A DNA stretch of 64,000 nt, from assembly GCA_963696385.1 (NCBI GenBank), contig CAVOKF010000005.1, positions 416,001 through 480,000 of the forward strand, read 5' to 3'. The notes under the pieces are model-generated. The model had not been told where the DNA came from. It made no database searches and saw nothing but the letters and a program-made list of their open reading frames with translations. The stretch is from an uncultured delta proteobacterium. Lineage in GTDB: Bacteria; Myxococcota_A; Polyangia; Polyangiales; Polyangiaceae. Below, piece by piece: positions 51,848 through 61,753 of the stretch. Position 1 is the stretch's first letter. Each line of letters opens with the position of its first letter. The position numbers and the translations under genes are program-made.

Positions 51848-52672
51848 GTGACGGACACCAGCGACGACGCCCCTCGACCGTCGATACTTGGGCGGCTGAG
51901 CCAGCTGGTCGATGTCGTCACCGATCCGGTGATGGGCTTGATGGACGAAGTGGGGCAAACCGCGCTGCTCGCCGGCCGGACGCTGGCCTGGGGCGTGCGC
52001 CGGCCCTTTCGGATAGGCCAAGTGCTTCTGGCCCTCGACTTCGTCGGGTGGGGGTCGACCTTCATCGTCGGTCTTGTCGGTCTGTTTACGGGCATGGCGT
52101 TTACGGTCAGCACGATCGTGGGGTTCCGGCAGTTCTCGGCGGAGGGGATGGTCGGCGGCGTGGTCGCGCTCGCGCTCGCACGAGAGCTTGCTCCCGTGCT
52201 CACGGCAGTCGTCGTCACCGCCCGCGCGGGCAGCACCATGGCGAGCGAGCTCGGCAACATGCGCGTGACCGAGCAGATCGACGCGCTCACCACCATGGCG
52301 GTCAGCCCCGTCCAATACCTCGTCTTTCCGCGGGTCCTCGCGACGACGCTGATGCTGCCGCTGCTGACCACGTGCTTCGGTGTCGCCGGCCAGTTCGGCT
52401 CCTACATCGTCGCCGTCATGTGGCAAAGGATCGATCCGGGAGCGTTCTTCGACCACATCACCCGCCTGCTCGCGGTGGCCGATCTGCGGATGATGGGCAT
52501 CAAGAGCGTCGTATTTGGCTTCATCGTAAGCGTCATCTGCTGCAAGAAGGGCTTCTTTGCATCCGGAGGCGCGCGCGGCGTAGGCGAGGCGACCGCTCAT
52601 GCCGTCGTGGCCAGCATCGTCGCCATCTTTGCGTTCGACTATGTCCTGACAACGATGCTCACCGACATTTGA
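51848..52672 (+). CDS. mlaE: MlaE family ABC permease
   Basis: RELAPVLTA, ELGNMRVTEQIDAL, GGARGVGEAT. Confidence 0.93.
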   Translation: MTDTSDDAPRPSILGRLSQLVDVVTDPVMGLMDEVGQTALLAGRTLAWGVRRPFRIGQVLLALDFVGWGSTFIVGLVGLFTGMAFTVSTIVGFRQFSAEGMVGGVVALALARELAPVLTAVVVTARAGSTMASELGNMRVTEQIDALTTMAVSPVQYLVFPRVLATTLMLPLLTTCFGVAGQFGSYIVAVMWQRIDPGAFFDHITRLLAVADLRMMGIKSVVFGFIVSVICCKKGFFASGGARGVGEATAHAVVASIVAIFAFDYVLTTMLTDI

Positions 52673-52793
52673 GACGAGGCCACGCCTTCTTTCTCGCACG
52701 AGCTGAAAACCTGCGCAGCGTTCTTGCGCGTGCTCTCCTGTATGATGGACCCCGCGCCCGGCGAACGTCGCCGGCCAATTGAGAGGAGTGCCC

Positions 52794-53867
52794 GTGGACA
52801 AGGCACGAAACGATTTGAGCGCAGCCGTTCCGAAGTTTTGCCTGGCGCTCGAAGAATACCGCCGCACCCCCGAGGGGCGCGTGCGCACGTCGCAGGAAAT
52901 GCTGGCAGCGTTTTTCCCGCACGACGACAAGACCAGCACCGATCGCATCTTGAAATACGTCCCGCAAGACGTCCGCGGGCCGATCATCGCCGCCTGGGGG
53001 ATTCGCGGCATCAAGGCGGCGTTACGCGACACCGACGAGAAGGTGCAGACGGTCGTTCACGACGCGCTCATCGCGGGGGACATCGACCACACTGCCTTCG
53101 AGGACGGGCTGGCTCCCGAGACGCTGATCCGCTGGGTGCCGCTCGCCGACTGGTGGGCGTTCTGGCGCGGCGGCAAGCTGACCAAACAGGCGATCCACAA
53201 GGCCCTCACGACGGCCTACGAGTTGTATCTCTTCGATGCTCGGTGGTTTCTGGACACCGTGCAGGGCAGGGGCGGCGCTCTGAAGGGAACGGACGTTCTG
53301 TCCGAAGGCCTGACGAAAGAAGACCTCACGGCGTGGGTGCGACGCATTCACGAAGCCGGCGACGGGACTCCGAAGGGGATTGTCGCCGCGATCGGGTGGG
53401 ACAAGATCGTCGGCAAGACGGCCAACGACGTGTTGGTCGCGGCCATCGACGCCATGGTCGCGAAAGTCGGCTTGGTGCTGAGCGGGCCGCGCGAGCCCGG
53501 GTCACGGGCCAAACTCGACTCGCATCCCGAGGTTGTTTCCGCGATTCCGGTTCCGGCGGGGGCCCCCTTGCGCTTGCCCGACGTGGTGGAGCGCGCGCCC
53601 GTGGATGAAGGGGCGTGGTCCTTGCCGCCTTCGCCTCCGGACGCCGCTGAGTTTGACCCGCCGTCGGAACCCACGGGCCCGGTGTCCCCTCCGCCCTCGG
53701 AAGAAGGCATCAACATCGTCCTTGAGGACGAGCTCGTCATTGGCGACCGTGCTCCGTCGTCCGCGCAGGCCGAAACCGCTCCGCCGGCGCCGGCGCCCGA
53801 GCCCGCCCCGGTCAAGGCAACGCTGCGCGATCGCTTTCCGTTCCGCCCGGGTGGCAAATCCAGCTAA
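52794..53867 (+). CDS. Hypothetical protein with Pro-rich C-terminal tail
   Basis: GAGAGGAG RBS before GTG 52794; globular ~240-aa N-terminal domain. Confidence 0.78.
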   Translation: MDKARNDLSAAVPKFCLALEEYRRTPEGRVRTSQEMLAAFFPHDDKTSTDRILKYVPQDVRGPIIAAWGIRGIKAALRDTDEKVQTVVHDALIAGDIDHTAFEDGLAPETLIRWVPLADWWAFWRGGKLTKQAIHKALTTAYELYLFDARWFLDTVQGRGGALKGTDVLSEGLTKEDLTAWVRRIHEAGDGTPKGIVAAIGWDKIVGKTANDVLVAAIDAMVAKVGLVLSGPREPGSRAKLDSHPEVVSAIPVPAGAPLRLPDVVERAPVDEGAWSLPPSPPDAAEFDPPSEPTGPVSPPPSEEGINIVLEDELVIGDRAPSSAQAETAPPAPAPEPAPVKATLRDRFPFRPGGKSS

Positions 53868-53897
53868 CGAGCGCGCGCTGCGCGAAAAGCCGAACGC

Positions 53898-54854
53898 CTA
53901 GCTCAGCGCGAGCATTCGGTCGATGGGCTTGCGCGCGCGATCCATCAATGCGGCGGTCATCTCGATGCGTGGCTTCAAGTCCCGGAGCGAGAGGTAAACC
54001 TTCTCGAGGGTGTTCTTTTTCATGAACGGGCATTCGTTGCAGGCGCAATTCGCTTTCGGCGGGGCGGGGATGAACGTTTTGTCAGGCGCTTGGCGGCGCA
54101 TCGGATGCAAAATGCCCGGCTCGGTCGCGACGATGAACTCTGTCGCGGCGTTCGACACGGCGAACCGCAAGAGCGCTGTTGTCGATCCCACGAAATCCGC
54201 CACGGCGAGCAGCGCGGCTTCGCATTCGGGATGCGCGATGACCAAAGCGTGCGGGTGACGCTCCTTAAGGGCGAGGAGTTTTCGCAGACTGAAGGTCTCG
54301 TGCACGACGCAGCTACCCGGCCAAAGGTGGAGTTTGCGCCCGATCTTTCTTTCGAGATAGGCGCCGAGATTTTTGTCGGGTCCGAACAGGATCGTTTGGT
54401 CTTCGGGGATATTCCGCACGATCGTCTCGGCGTTGGACGACGTGACGATGTAATCGGAAAGGGCTTTCACTTCGGCGGAACAGTTGATGTAACTGACTAC
54501 GGTGGGCCGCTTCTTCTCGGCCGTTGCACGCTTTTCGATCCAAGCCGCGAAGCGGTCCGCCGGACAGCCGCTCGCGAGCGAGCAGCCGGCCTCGAGATCG
54601 GGCAAGACGACGACGCGCTCGGGGTTCAGGATCTTCGCCGTTTCGGCCATGAAATGGACCCCGGCGAAGCAAATCACCTCGGCGCTCGTCCTGGCCGCGG
54701 CATGGGCGAGCTGAAGCGAGTCGCCGATCACGTCGGCAACGTCCTGGATTTCGCTGTCTTGGTAGAAGTGCGCAAGGACCACCGCATTCCGCTCTCTCTT
54801 GAGCCGATCGATCTCGTCCTCCAGATCAATCGAGATCGGAGCCGCGCCCGCCAT
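53898..54854 (-). CDS. nadA: Quinolinate synthase
   Basis: [42 protein letters not shown]. Confidence 0.96.
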   Translation of the reverse strand: MAGAAPISIDLEDEIDRLKRERNAVVLAHFYQDSEIQDVADVIGDSLQLAHAAARTSAEVICFAGVHFMAETAKILNPERVVVLPDLEAGCSLASGCPADRFAAWIEKRATAEKKRPTVVSYINCSAEVKALSDYIVTSSNAETIVRNIPEDQTILFGPDKNLGAYLERKIGRKLHLWPGSCVVHETFSLRKLLALKERHPHALVIAHPECEAALLAVADFVGSTTALLRFAVSNAATEFIVATEPGILHPMRRQAPDKTFIPAPPKANCACNECPFMKKNTLEKVYLSLRDLKPRIEMTAALMDRARKPIDRMLALS

Positions 54855-54896
54855 GCCGCCAAACTAGGTCCGGCGTGACGGCTCGGCAACCCCGCG

Positions 54897-55346
54897 TCAG
54901 GTCTTGCCCAAGAGCTTCGAAGTCACGTGACGGCCGAGCTTCTCGGACATCAGGTTCGCGACGAACTGCTCGAGCTCTTGCCGCTCGGAGTCGTGAATGA
55001 ACTTGAAGCGGATGCCCATCCCGGCGGGTCGCTGCTCGTCCGCTCGGCTCTCGTCGACCGTCCACATGACTTCGCCGCGCAACTCCAGTTGCTCGGTCTG
55101 TTCGGGAATGGAGAGAACGAAGACGAACTCGGTCCCGATGTCGAGCGGTTTGCTCGTGCGAATGAACGTTCCACCCTTGGAGATGTTCTTCGCGTAATCC
55201 GCGAAAAACGTGTTCATTCGCTTGTAGTCGACCCGCAACGTGATCGCATGACGGGGCGACTCTCGACGATCCGCCGGGTCCGACGGTGCGCGTGACTTCG
55301 CCTCCGAGACGCCCTCCTTGTCATCCTTGGTTTTTGGCCCCGCCAT
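54897..55346 (-). CDS. PilZ-domain protein (myxobacterial TIGR02266-type)
   Basis: RRESPR (RxxxR), NISKGG.FI, GMGIRF. Confidence 0.92.
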   Translation of the reverse strand: MAGPKTKDDKEGVSEAKSRAPSDPADRRESPRHAITLRVDYKRMNTFFADYAKNISKGGTFIRTSKPLDIGTEFVFVLSIPEQTEQLELRGEVMWTVDESRADEQRPAGMGIRFKFIHDSERQELEQFVANLMSEKLGRHVTSKLLGKT

Positions 55347-55445
55347 GGCTCCAGCACGAGACTACACCGCCCGCGCGACCCCGAAGCCAATAATGAGCGC
55401 GATCGCCACGCCAGCGATCCGCGACGGAATGCCGGGGGCCCGAGG

Positions 55446-56609
55446 TCAAGGCGAGGGGAAAGGCGGAGGCGGGGGTGGAGCGGACGTGGGCAGCTGGGTA
55501 CTCGGTACCGCGGTGGTCGCCGGTGCCGTACTTGGTACCGCGGTGGTCGCCGGTGCCATCGTGGGTGGTGCGGTCGAGGAGGGGGCCGTTGCGGCCGGTG
55601 TCGTCATGGGCGGTGGGGGAGGCACCGGCATCGTCCCTGGCGTCGGCGTCGTCGGAGTACACGGCGGCGGGAGAGCCGCAGGGCCCGGGGGCTTGGCAGC
55701 CGTGCTCAGCGCGTAGATCAGATTGACCGTCGTCGACGTGTCGAGATCGACCTTCCCCGGCAGGGGCGCACGGTCGTATCGAGCATTGAACCCGACGCCG
55801 ATCGAAAGGCCGCTGCCGATGTTGGCCGCGAAGAGCGCGTCATAGTTGAAACGATAGTCGTATTTGAAGGAGTTGTAGGTCATCAAGCTTTGCAGGTACT
55901 CGAAGCCGGTCGTGAAATTGACCTCCTTATTGAACGCGTGCTTGAAACCGACAAAAAGTCGCGTCGATTCGTTGGTGGCCGTCTTGTCCAACAGGATGGG
56001 ATTGCCGTTCGCATCGACCAGCGTGTTGCCCATCGCGTCTTTCTGGTAGAGGGCCGAATTCAGGCGGTCGTCGTACTCGAAGTCGTACCCCGCCTCGCCC
56101 CACAACGACGTGGTGGCCGTGTGGTAGACGATGTATTTGACGCCGGGATCGACGTTGAAACGTACCTCGAGCCCGAGGAACCGATCGTGCATGGCCGTTC
56201 CCATCAAAAATAGGCTCATCTCGTCGAGAACGAAGCGGTCGTAGCGCAAGCGTCCCTGGAGGTTCTCCGTCGTCTCTCGCAGTTCCTGACCCGGGGCTGC
56301 ACCCTCGCCGTAGTTTCCGATGATCGCTGCGCCGAACGCGTCTGCGCCGCGCCGCATCGCAAACTTGCCGTTGCCGGTCACCGCGGCCTGCTGCGAGTTG
56401 CCCGTCGACAGCTGCCCGCCCGCCGAGACCGTGGCGGTCGTCTCGTTCGTCTGTGGGTCGAACTTGGGAACGTCCTCGGTCGCCTTAGGCGCGGTGACGA
56501 GTGCTGCCGTGTCGGGCGGGGGTGCGGCGACCGGAGGCGCGTCGGCGCGCGCCCCGGCCGAGAGAAAAAGAAAGAGAGGAGTGGCAAGAAACGCACATTG
56601 GGTTCGCAT
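55446..56609 (-). CDS. DUF481-type outer-membrane beta-barrel protein with Pro/Thr-rich tail
   Basis: Signal peptide (ARA-D), STGNS, DRFLGL, alternating strands; 30-bp tandem repeat 55498-55557 encodes APATTAVPST twice. Confidence 0.8.
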   Translation of the reverse strand: MRTQCAFLATPLFLFLSAGARADAPPVAAPPPDTAALVTAPKATEDVPKFDPQTNETTATVSAGGQLSTGNSQQAAVTGNGKFAMRRGADAFGAAIIGNYGEGAAPGQELRETTENLQGRLRYDRFVLDEMSLFLMGTAMHDRFLGLEVRFNVDPGVKYIVYHTATTSLWGEAGYDFEYDDRLNSALYQKDAMGNTLVDANGNPILLDKTATNESTRLFVGFKHAFNKEVNFTTGFEYLQSLMTYNSFKYDYRFNYDALFAANIGSGLSIGVGFNARYDRAPLPGKVDLDTSTTVNLIYALSTAAKPPGPAALPPPCTPTTPTPGTMPVPPPPPMTTPAATAPSSTAPPTMAPATTAVPSTAPATTAVPSTQLPTSAPPPPPPFPSP

Positions 56610-56937
56610 CGAAGGCGCGCATGTGAGCACACACGATCCGAGCTGTCGACCTGGGTGCGCCGAGGGTCGGCCGATCCGCTCCCGACCGAACGCTGTCCCC
56701 ATGGGGGTCCCGCCTCGCTGGTTCGCGTCGTCCCTCAACCATCGCTTGAGGAGAGCCGGCATCCGCAACGGGTCGCGGCCTCGGCGCGCTGGGCCGGCGT
56801 GAGACGCCGGGACGGCGGCTTCAATGAAACCGGACGATCCTGCCCAGCCGTCGATTCATGGCTTGCTGCCGTGCCTCCGCGGATCATCGACGCCTTGCGC
56901 GGCGAGAGACATCCGGTGCGATACGCGACAAGGGAAA

Positions 56938-58185
56938 TCACGGTAAATGCGGATGTCGGCTTCCGGCGGTCGCGGGGGTCATGGCTTGGTCGAACAGCGC
57001 ATCGTGCGCCCACGGACGGGCGGCTCGAATGGCGAGGTGCTCGCGGGTAGGACAAACGCGATTGGTGAGCAACGCGACGACGACTTGGGCATCGGGGTCC
57101 AACCATAAGCTCGTCCCGGTGAAGCCCAGGTGACCAAAGCTGCGCGGGCTCAACCGATCCCCGGCGCTCGACCCTTGCGGGCTCTTGCCATCGAATCCGG
57201 CGCGTAGCGTACCGCCCGGTCGTTCGCGGACGATCCACCGCAGGTCGACCTCCCCGAGCGGCCCGTGACGGTCGGCGAGTGAGTCGAGTACGGCGGCGCC
57301 AAATGTGAGCACCGCGTCGACTGTGGCGAAGATCCCGGCGTGCCCGGAGCCGCCCCTTCCCGTGACCGCCCACGCATTCTCATCGTGCACCGCGCCGGTG
57401 ATGAGACCGCCGCGCCAATGCACATCCTCGGTAGGTGCAAAAGGACCACCGATGCCCCGCGCGGCGAGGTCGCGGACGGAGCCCGCGCAGTCCGCTACCC
57501 CGAGCGGCTTGAGGACGAGGTGCTGGATGGCTTCGCCGGCATCGCGCGCACCGACAGCACGCGATAGCGCCGCGCCCGCGAGCAAGTAGCCGAGGTCGCT
57601 GTAGACCGCAGGAAACCCGTCGTGCGGAAGGTCCCCGGTGGCGTCGATCCGCCGTGCCCTTGCGGCTTCCGACAGCGCGCCGTGCACGTCGACGCGTCCG
57701 CCGCGGACGAGCGGTGCGAACAAATCGCGGTGGCTGTCGATTCCGGCCCGATGTGCGAACAGCAGTTCGAGCGGCGTGCGCTCGTTCGTCGTGTGCCGCG
57801 CTTCAACCAGAAGGTCCCCGAGCGGAGTCCGCCGATCGATGCGGGCGCGCGCGAACGCGACCGCGGTCATCGGCTTCGTCACGCTCGCAAGATCGAAGAA
57901 CATGTGGGTCGCGCCTCCGCTTTCCCGGACCCAGCCGCGCCCCTTTGGCTCGCGGGATTCTTCGCGTGCGGCCCCCGCGCGAAGCTCTCCCCGTGGCCCC
58001 GTTCGGCATGGTTCGCCGCCGGCAGGGCCTGCCGTGGTCGATGCTCCGCCGGGTGCGCGACCCCCATCCGATCGGGGCGGGCCGCCATGACGCGCCCAGC
58101 CCGCGGCGCCGAGTGGCGCAACACCCTCCGACACGATGCGTCCGGCGATGTCCTCGGCGCTCACGGAAGAATCTCGTGGTCGCAT
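56938..58185 (-). CDS. Serine hydrolase, beta-lactamase class C-like
   Basis: FDLASVTK (SxxK), YSDLGY, VHDENA, GHAGIF, FGHLGFTGTSLW. Confidence 0.9.
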   Translation of the reverse strand: MRPRDSSVSAEDIAGRIVSEGVAPLGAAGWARHGGPPRSDGGRAPGGASTTAGPAGGEPCRTGPRGELRAGAAREESREPKGRGWVRESGGATHMFFDLASVTKPMTAVAFARARIDRRTPLGDLLVEARHTTNERTPLELLFAHRAGIDSHRDLFAPLVRGGRVDVHGALSEAARARRIDATGDLPHDGFPAVYSDLGYLLAGAALSRAVGARDAGEAIQHLVLKPLGVADCAGSVRDLAARGIGGPFAPTEDVHWRGGLITGAVHDENAWAVTGRGGSGHAGIFATVDAVLTFGAAVLDSLADRHGPLGEVDLRWIVRERPGGTLRAGFDGKSPQGSSAGDRLSPRSFGHLGFTGTSLWLDPDAQVVVALLTNRVCPTREHLAIRAARPWAHDALFDQAMTPATAGSRHPHLP

Positions 58186-58294
58186 GGGCGACCGCGTTTC
58201 CAATCTTGGCCTTTCGAGCGCCCGCGGGCAACGACGTCGCGCATTGGACTTGGAAAGCAACCGCCATCGACGGAGGGCCGATGGGTGTTCGACA

Positions 58295-59215
58295 ATGCGT
58301 GCGACCGCGGATGGCCCGAAACCGAGCGCGACGCGCGTCGTGTGGAGCGGCGTGCGGGTCGTCCGCAGAGTGTCGGCCCTCTGGGTCGGGGTGTTGGTTT
58401 GCGCGTGCGTCCCCTCCGCCTCGCTGACTCCGACGGCGATCGCACTGAATCGCGACGGCGCGCATGCGCTGGCCGAGGGGGATTTCTCTGTGGCCGAAGC
58501 CCGGATCGCCCTCGCGATCGAGTACAGTCCTCGCTTTATCGAGGCGTGGGTGAACCTGGGCCTGGTCGAGCTGAAGCGCGGCAACTTTGAGCGCGCACAC
58601 CACGATTTCATCGTCGCTCGCGACCTGAATCCTGACCTGCCCGCGCCGCTTCACGCTCTCGGTCTCCTGGCAGCCCGGCAGGGGCACTCGGCCCAAGCGC
58701 AGACGTTCTACCGCGCCGCACTCGAGGCCGATCCCGGCTTCGGCCCCGCTCGCGCCAGTTTGGCGTGGCTCTTCTTCGAGCGCGGCGCCATCGAAGACGC
58801 TCGCGAGCAGTTTCTTCGTCTCACGCAGATTGCGCCCGCCTCGGTCGACGGGTGGGCCGGCCTGTGCGAGTCGCTTCTGCGACTGCATCGTAGCGACGAC
58901 GCAGAAGGAGCCGTCATCGAAGGGGTGCGCCGGCTGGGCCGCAGTCCGCGCTTCGACCTTCTCGAGGCGCGGCTCTTTCTGCAGGTCGGCGCTTTTGCCG
59001 ATGCCGAAGATCGGCTGGAGCCGCTGACGCGAAGCCCGAATCGGAAGCTCGCGGCGATCGCGTTGGCCTGGACGGCGATCGCCCGCCTCCGTCGGGGCGA
59101 TGCGGCCGCGGCCGTCGATGCGTCCAATCGAGCGACGTCCCTTGCTCCGGACGACGGCGTCGTTCGTTACACCGTTCGCGCAACGCAGGATGCGTTCCAA
59201 AGAACACCTCCCTAA
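58295..59215 (+). CDS. Tetratricopeptide repeat (lipo)protein
   Basis: TPR consensus (AWVNLG, ALGLL, A.EADP); hydrophobic segment ending CAC; start uncertain. Confidence 0.82.
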   Translation: MRATADGPKPSATRVVWSGVRVVRRVSALWVGVLVCACVPSASLTPTAIALNRDGAHALAEGDFSVAEARIALAIEYSPRFIEAWVNLGLVELKRGNFERAHHDFIVARDLNPDLPAPLHALGLLAARQGHSAQAQTFYRAALEADPGFGPARASLAWLFFERGAIEDAREQFLRLTQIAPASVDGWAGLCESLLRLHRSDDAEGAVIEGVRRLGRSPRFDLLEARLFLQVGAFADAEDRLEPLTRSPNRKLAAIALAWTAIARLRRGDAAAAVDASNRATSLAPDDGVVRYTVRATQDAFQRTPP

Positions 59216-59448
59216 AGAGCGCGGGACCGGTTCTCGAGTCTTCGGGCGCGGCGTCCCGCGGCGCTTCGTTCGTTCGGCTAGCCGGTCGCGCCAAAGCCGC
59301 GCGACGCAAAGGGTGCGCGCCGACGAACTCCTGGCGCCGTCGGGGATGGCGCTCGAAAGCCCGGATGGCTCGCTCGCCCGGTGAGGACTGGCCGCTCCCA
59401 AAAGCGAACGGGTGCCTCGGCGCCGGGCGATCGTTGCTGTGAAGGGAT

Positions 59449-59464
59449 CGGCACGGTTCTCGCA
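59449..59464 (+). promoter_or_regulatory. Putative sigma-54 promoter
   Basis: CGGCACGGTTCTCGCA: GG-N10-GC spacing, just upstream of the pcm fusion. Confidence 0.45.
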
Positions 59465-59478
59465 GGAATGCCCGCGCG

Positions 59479-61476
59479 ATGTCCGATCTCGAACGACGCC
59501 GTGCGCGCATGGTCGATGCTCACCTCGCTCGACGGGGAATCGCAAACCCGAAGCTGCTGGAAGCCTTCCGTTTCGTCCCGCGGGAAGACTTCATCTCCGA
59601 GGATTTGGCCGAATTCGCGTACGACGATACGCCGCTGCCCATCGGCCAGGGGCAGACGATCTCGCAGCCGTACATCGTTGCGCTCACGATTGAAGCTCTC
59701 GGCCTGCAGGGCGGGGAACGCGTCCTCGAAGTGGGCACCGGATCGGGCTATGCAGCGGCCGTTCTGAGCCGCGTCGCCCGTGAGGTCTACACGATCGAGC
59801 GGGTCACTTCGCTCGCCGAATCGGCCCGAGAGCGGCTCTCGCGCCTCGGGTTCTCGAATGTCCGCGTCACGAGCGGCGACGGTTCGCTGGGTTGGCCAGA
59901 GCATGCGCCTTACGACGCAATTGCCGTCGCTGCCGGTGGCCCGAAGGCGCCGCCGGCCCTGCTCTCCCAGCTAGCTGTCGGCGGGCGTCTGGTGATCCCT
60001 GTGGGGAGCGACGACGCATCGCAAGTGCTCGTGCGGATCACGCGCGACAGCGAAACGGATTACAGGACCGAGCCGCTCACCGACGTCCGGTTCGTGCCGC
60101 TCATCGGCGAGCAGGCGTGGGGAGACGACGAGGCCAGGATCGTCGCGGCTCCGGCGCGCTCGCGCGGATCGGCCAATCTTCCGGCACTCGTTCGGGAAGC
60201 AGCGGAACCGATCGACGACATCGAAACGGCATCCATCGACGCTCTCATCGACCGGATCGGCGATGCGCGTCTGGTTCTGCTCGGCGAAGCGACGCACGGA
60301 ACAAGCGAATTTTATCGCATGCGTGCGCGCATCACCCAAGAGCTCATCGTACGTCGCGGCTTCCAGTTCGTGGCCGTGGAAGCCGACTGGCCCGATGCGG
60401 CGCGCATTGACGACTACGTGCTCGGCGGCCCGCGGCGGTCAAAGGTTGATTTCACGCCATTTACCCGGTTCCCGACGTGGATGTGGCGCAACGCCGAGGT
60501 GCACGACTTCGTGGACTGGCTGCGAGCGCACAACGCCGCGGACGAAGCGCACAAAGTCGGATTTCACGGCCTCGACCTCTACAGCCTGTTCACCTCGATC
60601 GCCGCCGTACTGGCGTACCTCGACGACGTCGATCCGGACGCCGCGAAGGTCGCACGGCACCGATACGGCGAGTTGACGCCGTGGCAGAAAGACCCTGCCG
60701 CGTACGGGGAAGCCGTCCTCGTGGGGCGCTACCGCAGCTCCGAGTCGGCGGTCGTCGCCATGTTGAGCGAGATGCTGGCGCGGCGGATCGACTATGCGCG
60801 ACAGGACGGCGAGCGTTTCTTCGATGCGGCCCAGAATGCGCGCCTCGTCGCCGACGCCGAGCATTATTACCGCGCGATGTATTACGGTTCAGCGATTTCC
60901 TGGAATCTGCGCGACACGCACATGTTCGAGACACTCAAGTCCCTGTTCGGATTTTATGGCCCCGATTCCAAAGGGATTGTCTGGGAGCACAACTCGCACG
61001 TGGGTGACGCGAGGGCGACCGAGATGAGTGCACGCGGCGAGCAAAACGTCGGCCAGCTGTCTCGAACATGGCTCCCGGAGGGGACGTACATCGTCGGCTT
61101 CGGTACCGATCACGGCACCGTGGCCGCTGCGTCGAACTGGGACCGACCCGTGGAGCGGATGCGGGTCGTGCCGGCTCGCGAGGGCAGCTACGAGCATCTC
61201 TTCCACCGGACCGATATGCGCGCGTTTGCGCTCCCCCTGCGGAGACCACTGCGCCGCGCGGTCCGCGAAGAGCTCGCGGCGCCTTTGCTGGAGCGCGCCA
61301 TCGGCGTCGTGTACCGGCCGCGGACGGAGCTGCAAAGCCACTACTTTTACGCGTCCCTTCCGCACCAATTCGACGAGTACATATGGTTCGACGAGACGCG
61401 CGCGGTGCGTCCTCTCGAAGCCGGGCCGGCTTCCGACCGGAGCGATAGGGCCGACACGTACCCTTTTGGCGTGTGA
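59479..61476 (+). CDS. pcm: Protein-L-isoaspartate O-methyltransferase fused to an erythromycin esterase family domain
   Basis: GQTISQP, VLEVGTGSGY, APYDAI, FVPLIG; then LLGEATHGTSEF, EADWPD, WNLRD, WEHNSH, QFDEY. Confidence 0.93.
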   Translation: MSDLERRRARMVDAHLARRGIANPKLLEAFRFVPREDFISEDLAEFAYDDTPLPIGQGQTISQPYIVALTIEALGLQGGERVLEVGTGSGYAAAVLSRVAREVYTIERVTSLAESARERLSRLGFSNVRVTSGDGSLGWPEHAPYDAIAVAAGGPKAPPALLSQLAVGGRLVIPVGSDDASQVLVRITRDSETDYRTEPLTDVRFVPLIGEQAWGDDEARIVAAPARSRGSANLPALVREAAEPIDDIETASIDALIDRIGDARLVLLGEATHGTSEFYRMRARITQELIVRRGFQFVAVEADWPDAARIDDYVLGGPRRSKVDFTPFTRFPTWMWRNAEVHDFVDWLRAHNAADEAHKVGFHGLDLYSLFTSIAAVLAYLDDVDPDAAKVARHRYGELTPWQKDPAAYGEAVLVGRYRSSESAVVAMLSEMLARRIDYARQDGERFFDAAQNARLVADAEHYYRAMYYGSAISWNLRDTHMFETLKSLFGFYGPDSKGIVWEHNSHVGDARATEMSARGEQNVGQLSRTWLPEGTYIVGFGTDHGTVAAASNWDRPVERMRVVPAREGSYEHLFHRTDMRAFALPLRRPLRRAVREELAAPLLERAIGVVYRPRTELQSHYFYASLPHQFDEYIWFDETRAVRPLEAGPASDRSDRADTYPFGV

Positions 61477-61526
61477 CGGCGGCCGCTCCAGTTAGTCGCG
61501 CCAGTCGGTACAGCGCCCTGTTAAGG

Positions 61527-61604
61527 GGTACCCAGCTGCGCTGCGTACGGGAGCGTTGCAGGCTGGCACTGTACTAAGATGATTTCTTTGGGGCTTCGCC
61601 CCAA
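61527..61604 (-). repeat. Dispersed intergenic element, copy 2, with adjacent hairpin CAATCGCC-TCCC-GGCGATTG (61610-61629)
   Basis: Reverse complement aligns with 2036-2112. Confidence 0.75.
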
Positions 61605-61753
61605 CCCCCCAATCGCCTCCCGGCGATTGCGGTACCCCGCCCAGCGGATCGCTTTGTTCTGAGGCGGTGTACTCACGCGGGCTCGCGAGTCCCTGGCGAA
61701 CGTGTGGGATAGCGGTTCTGCGCGTCGGGCCGGCCCTCGCTCGGCATCCGACT

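Noticed and set aside
56938..61476. Beta-lactamase-like and erythromycin-esterase-like genes as a resistance island
   Set aside because: Both belong to broad families with mostly non-resistance members, and there are no mobility genes nearby.
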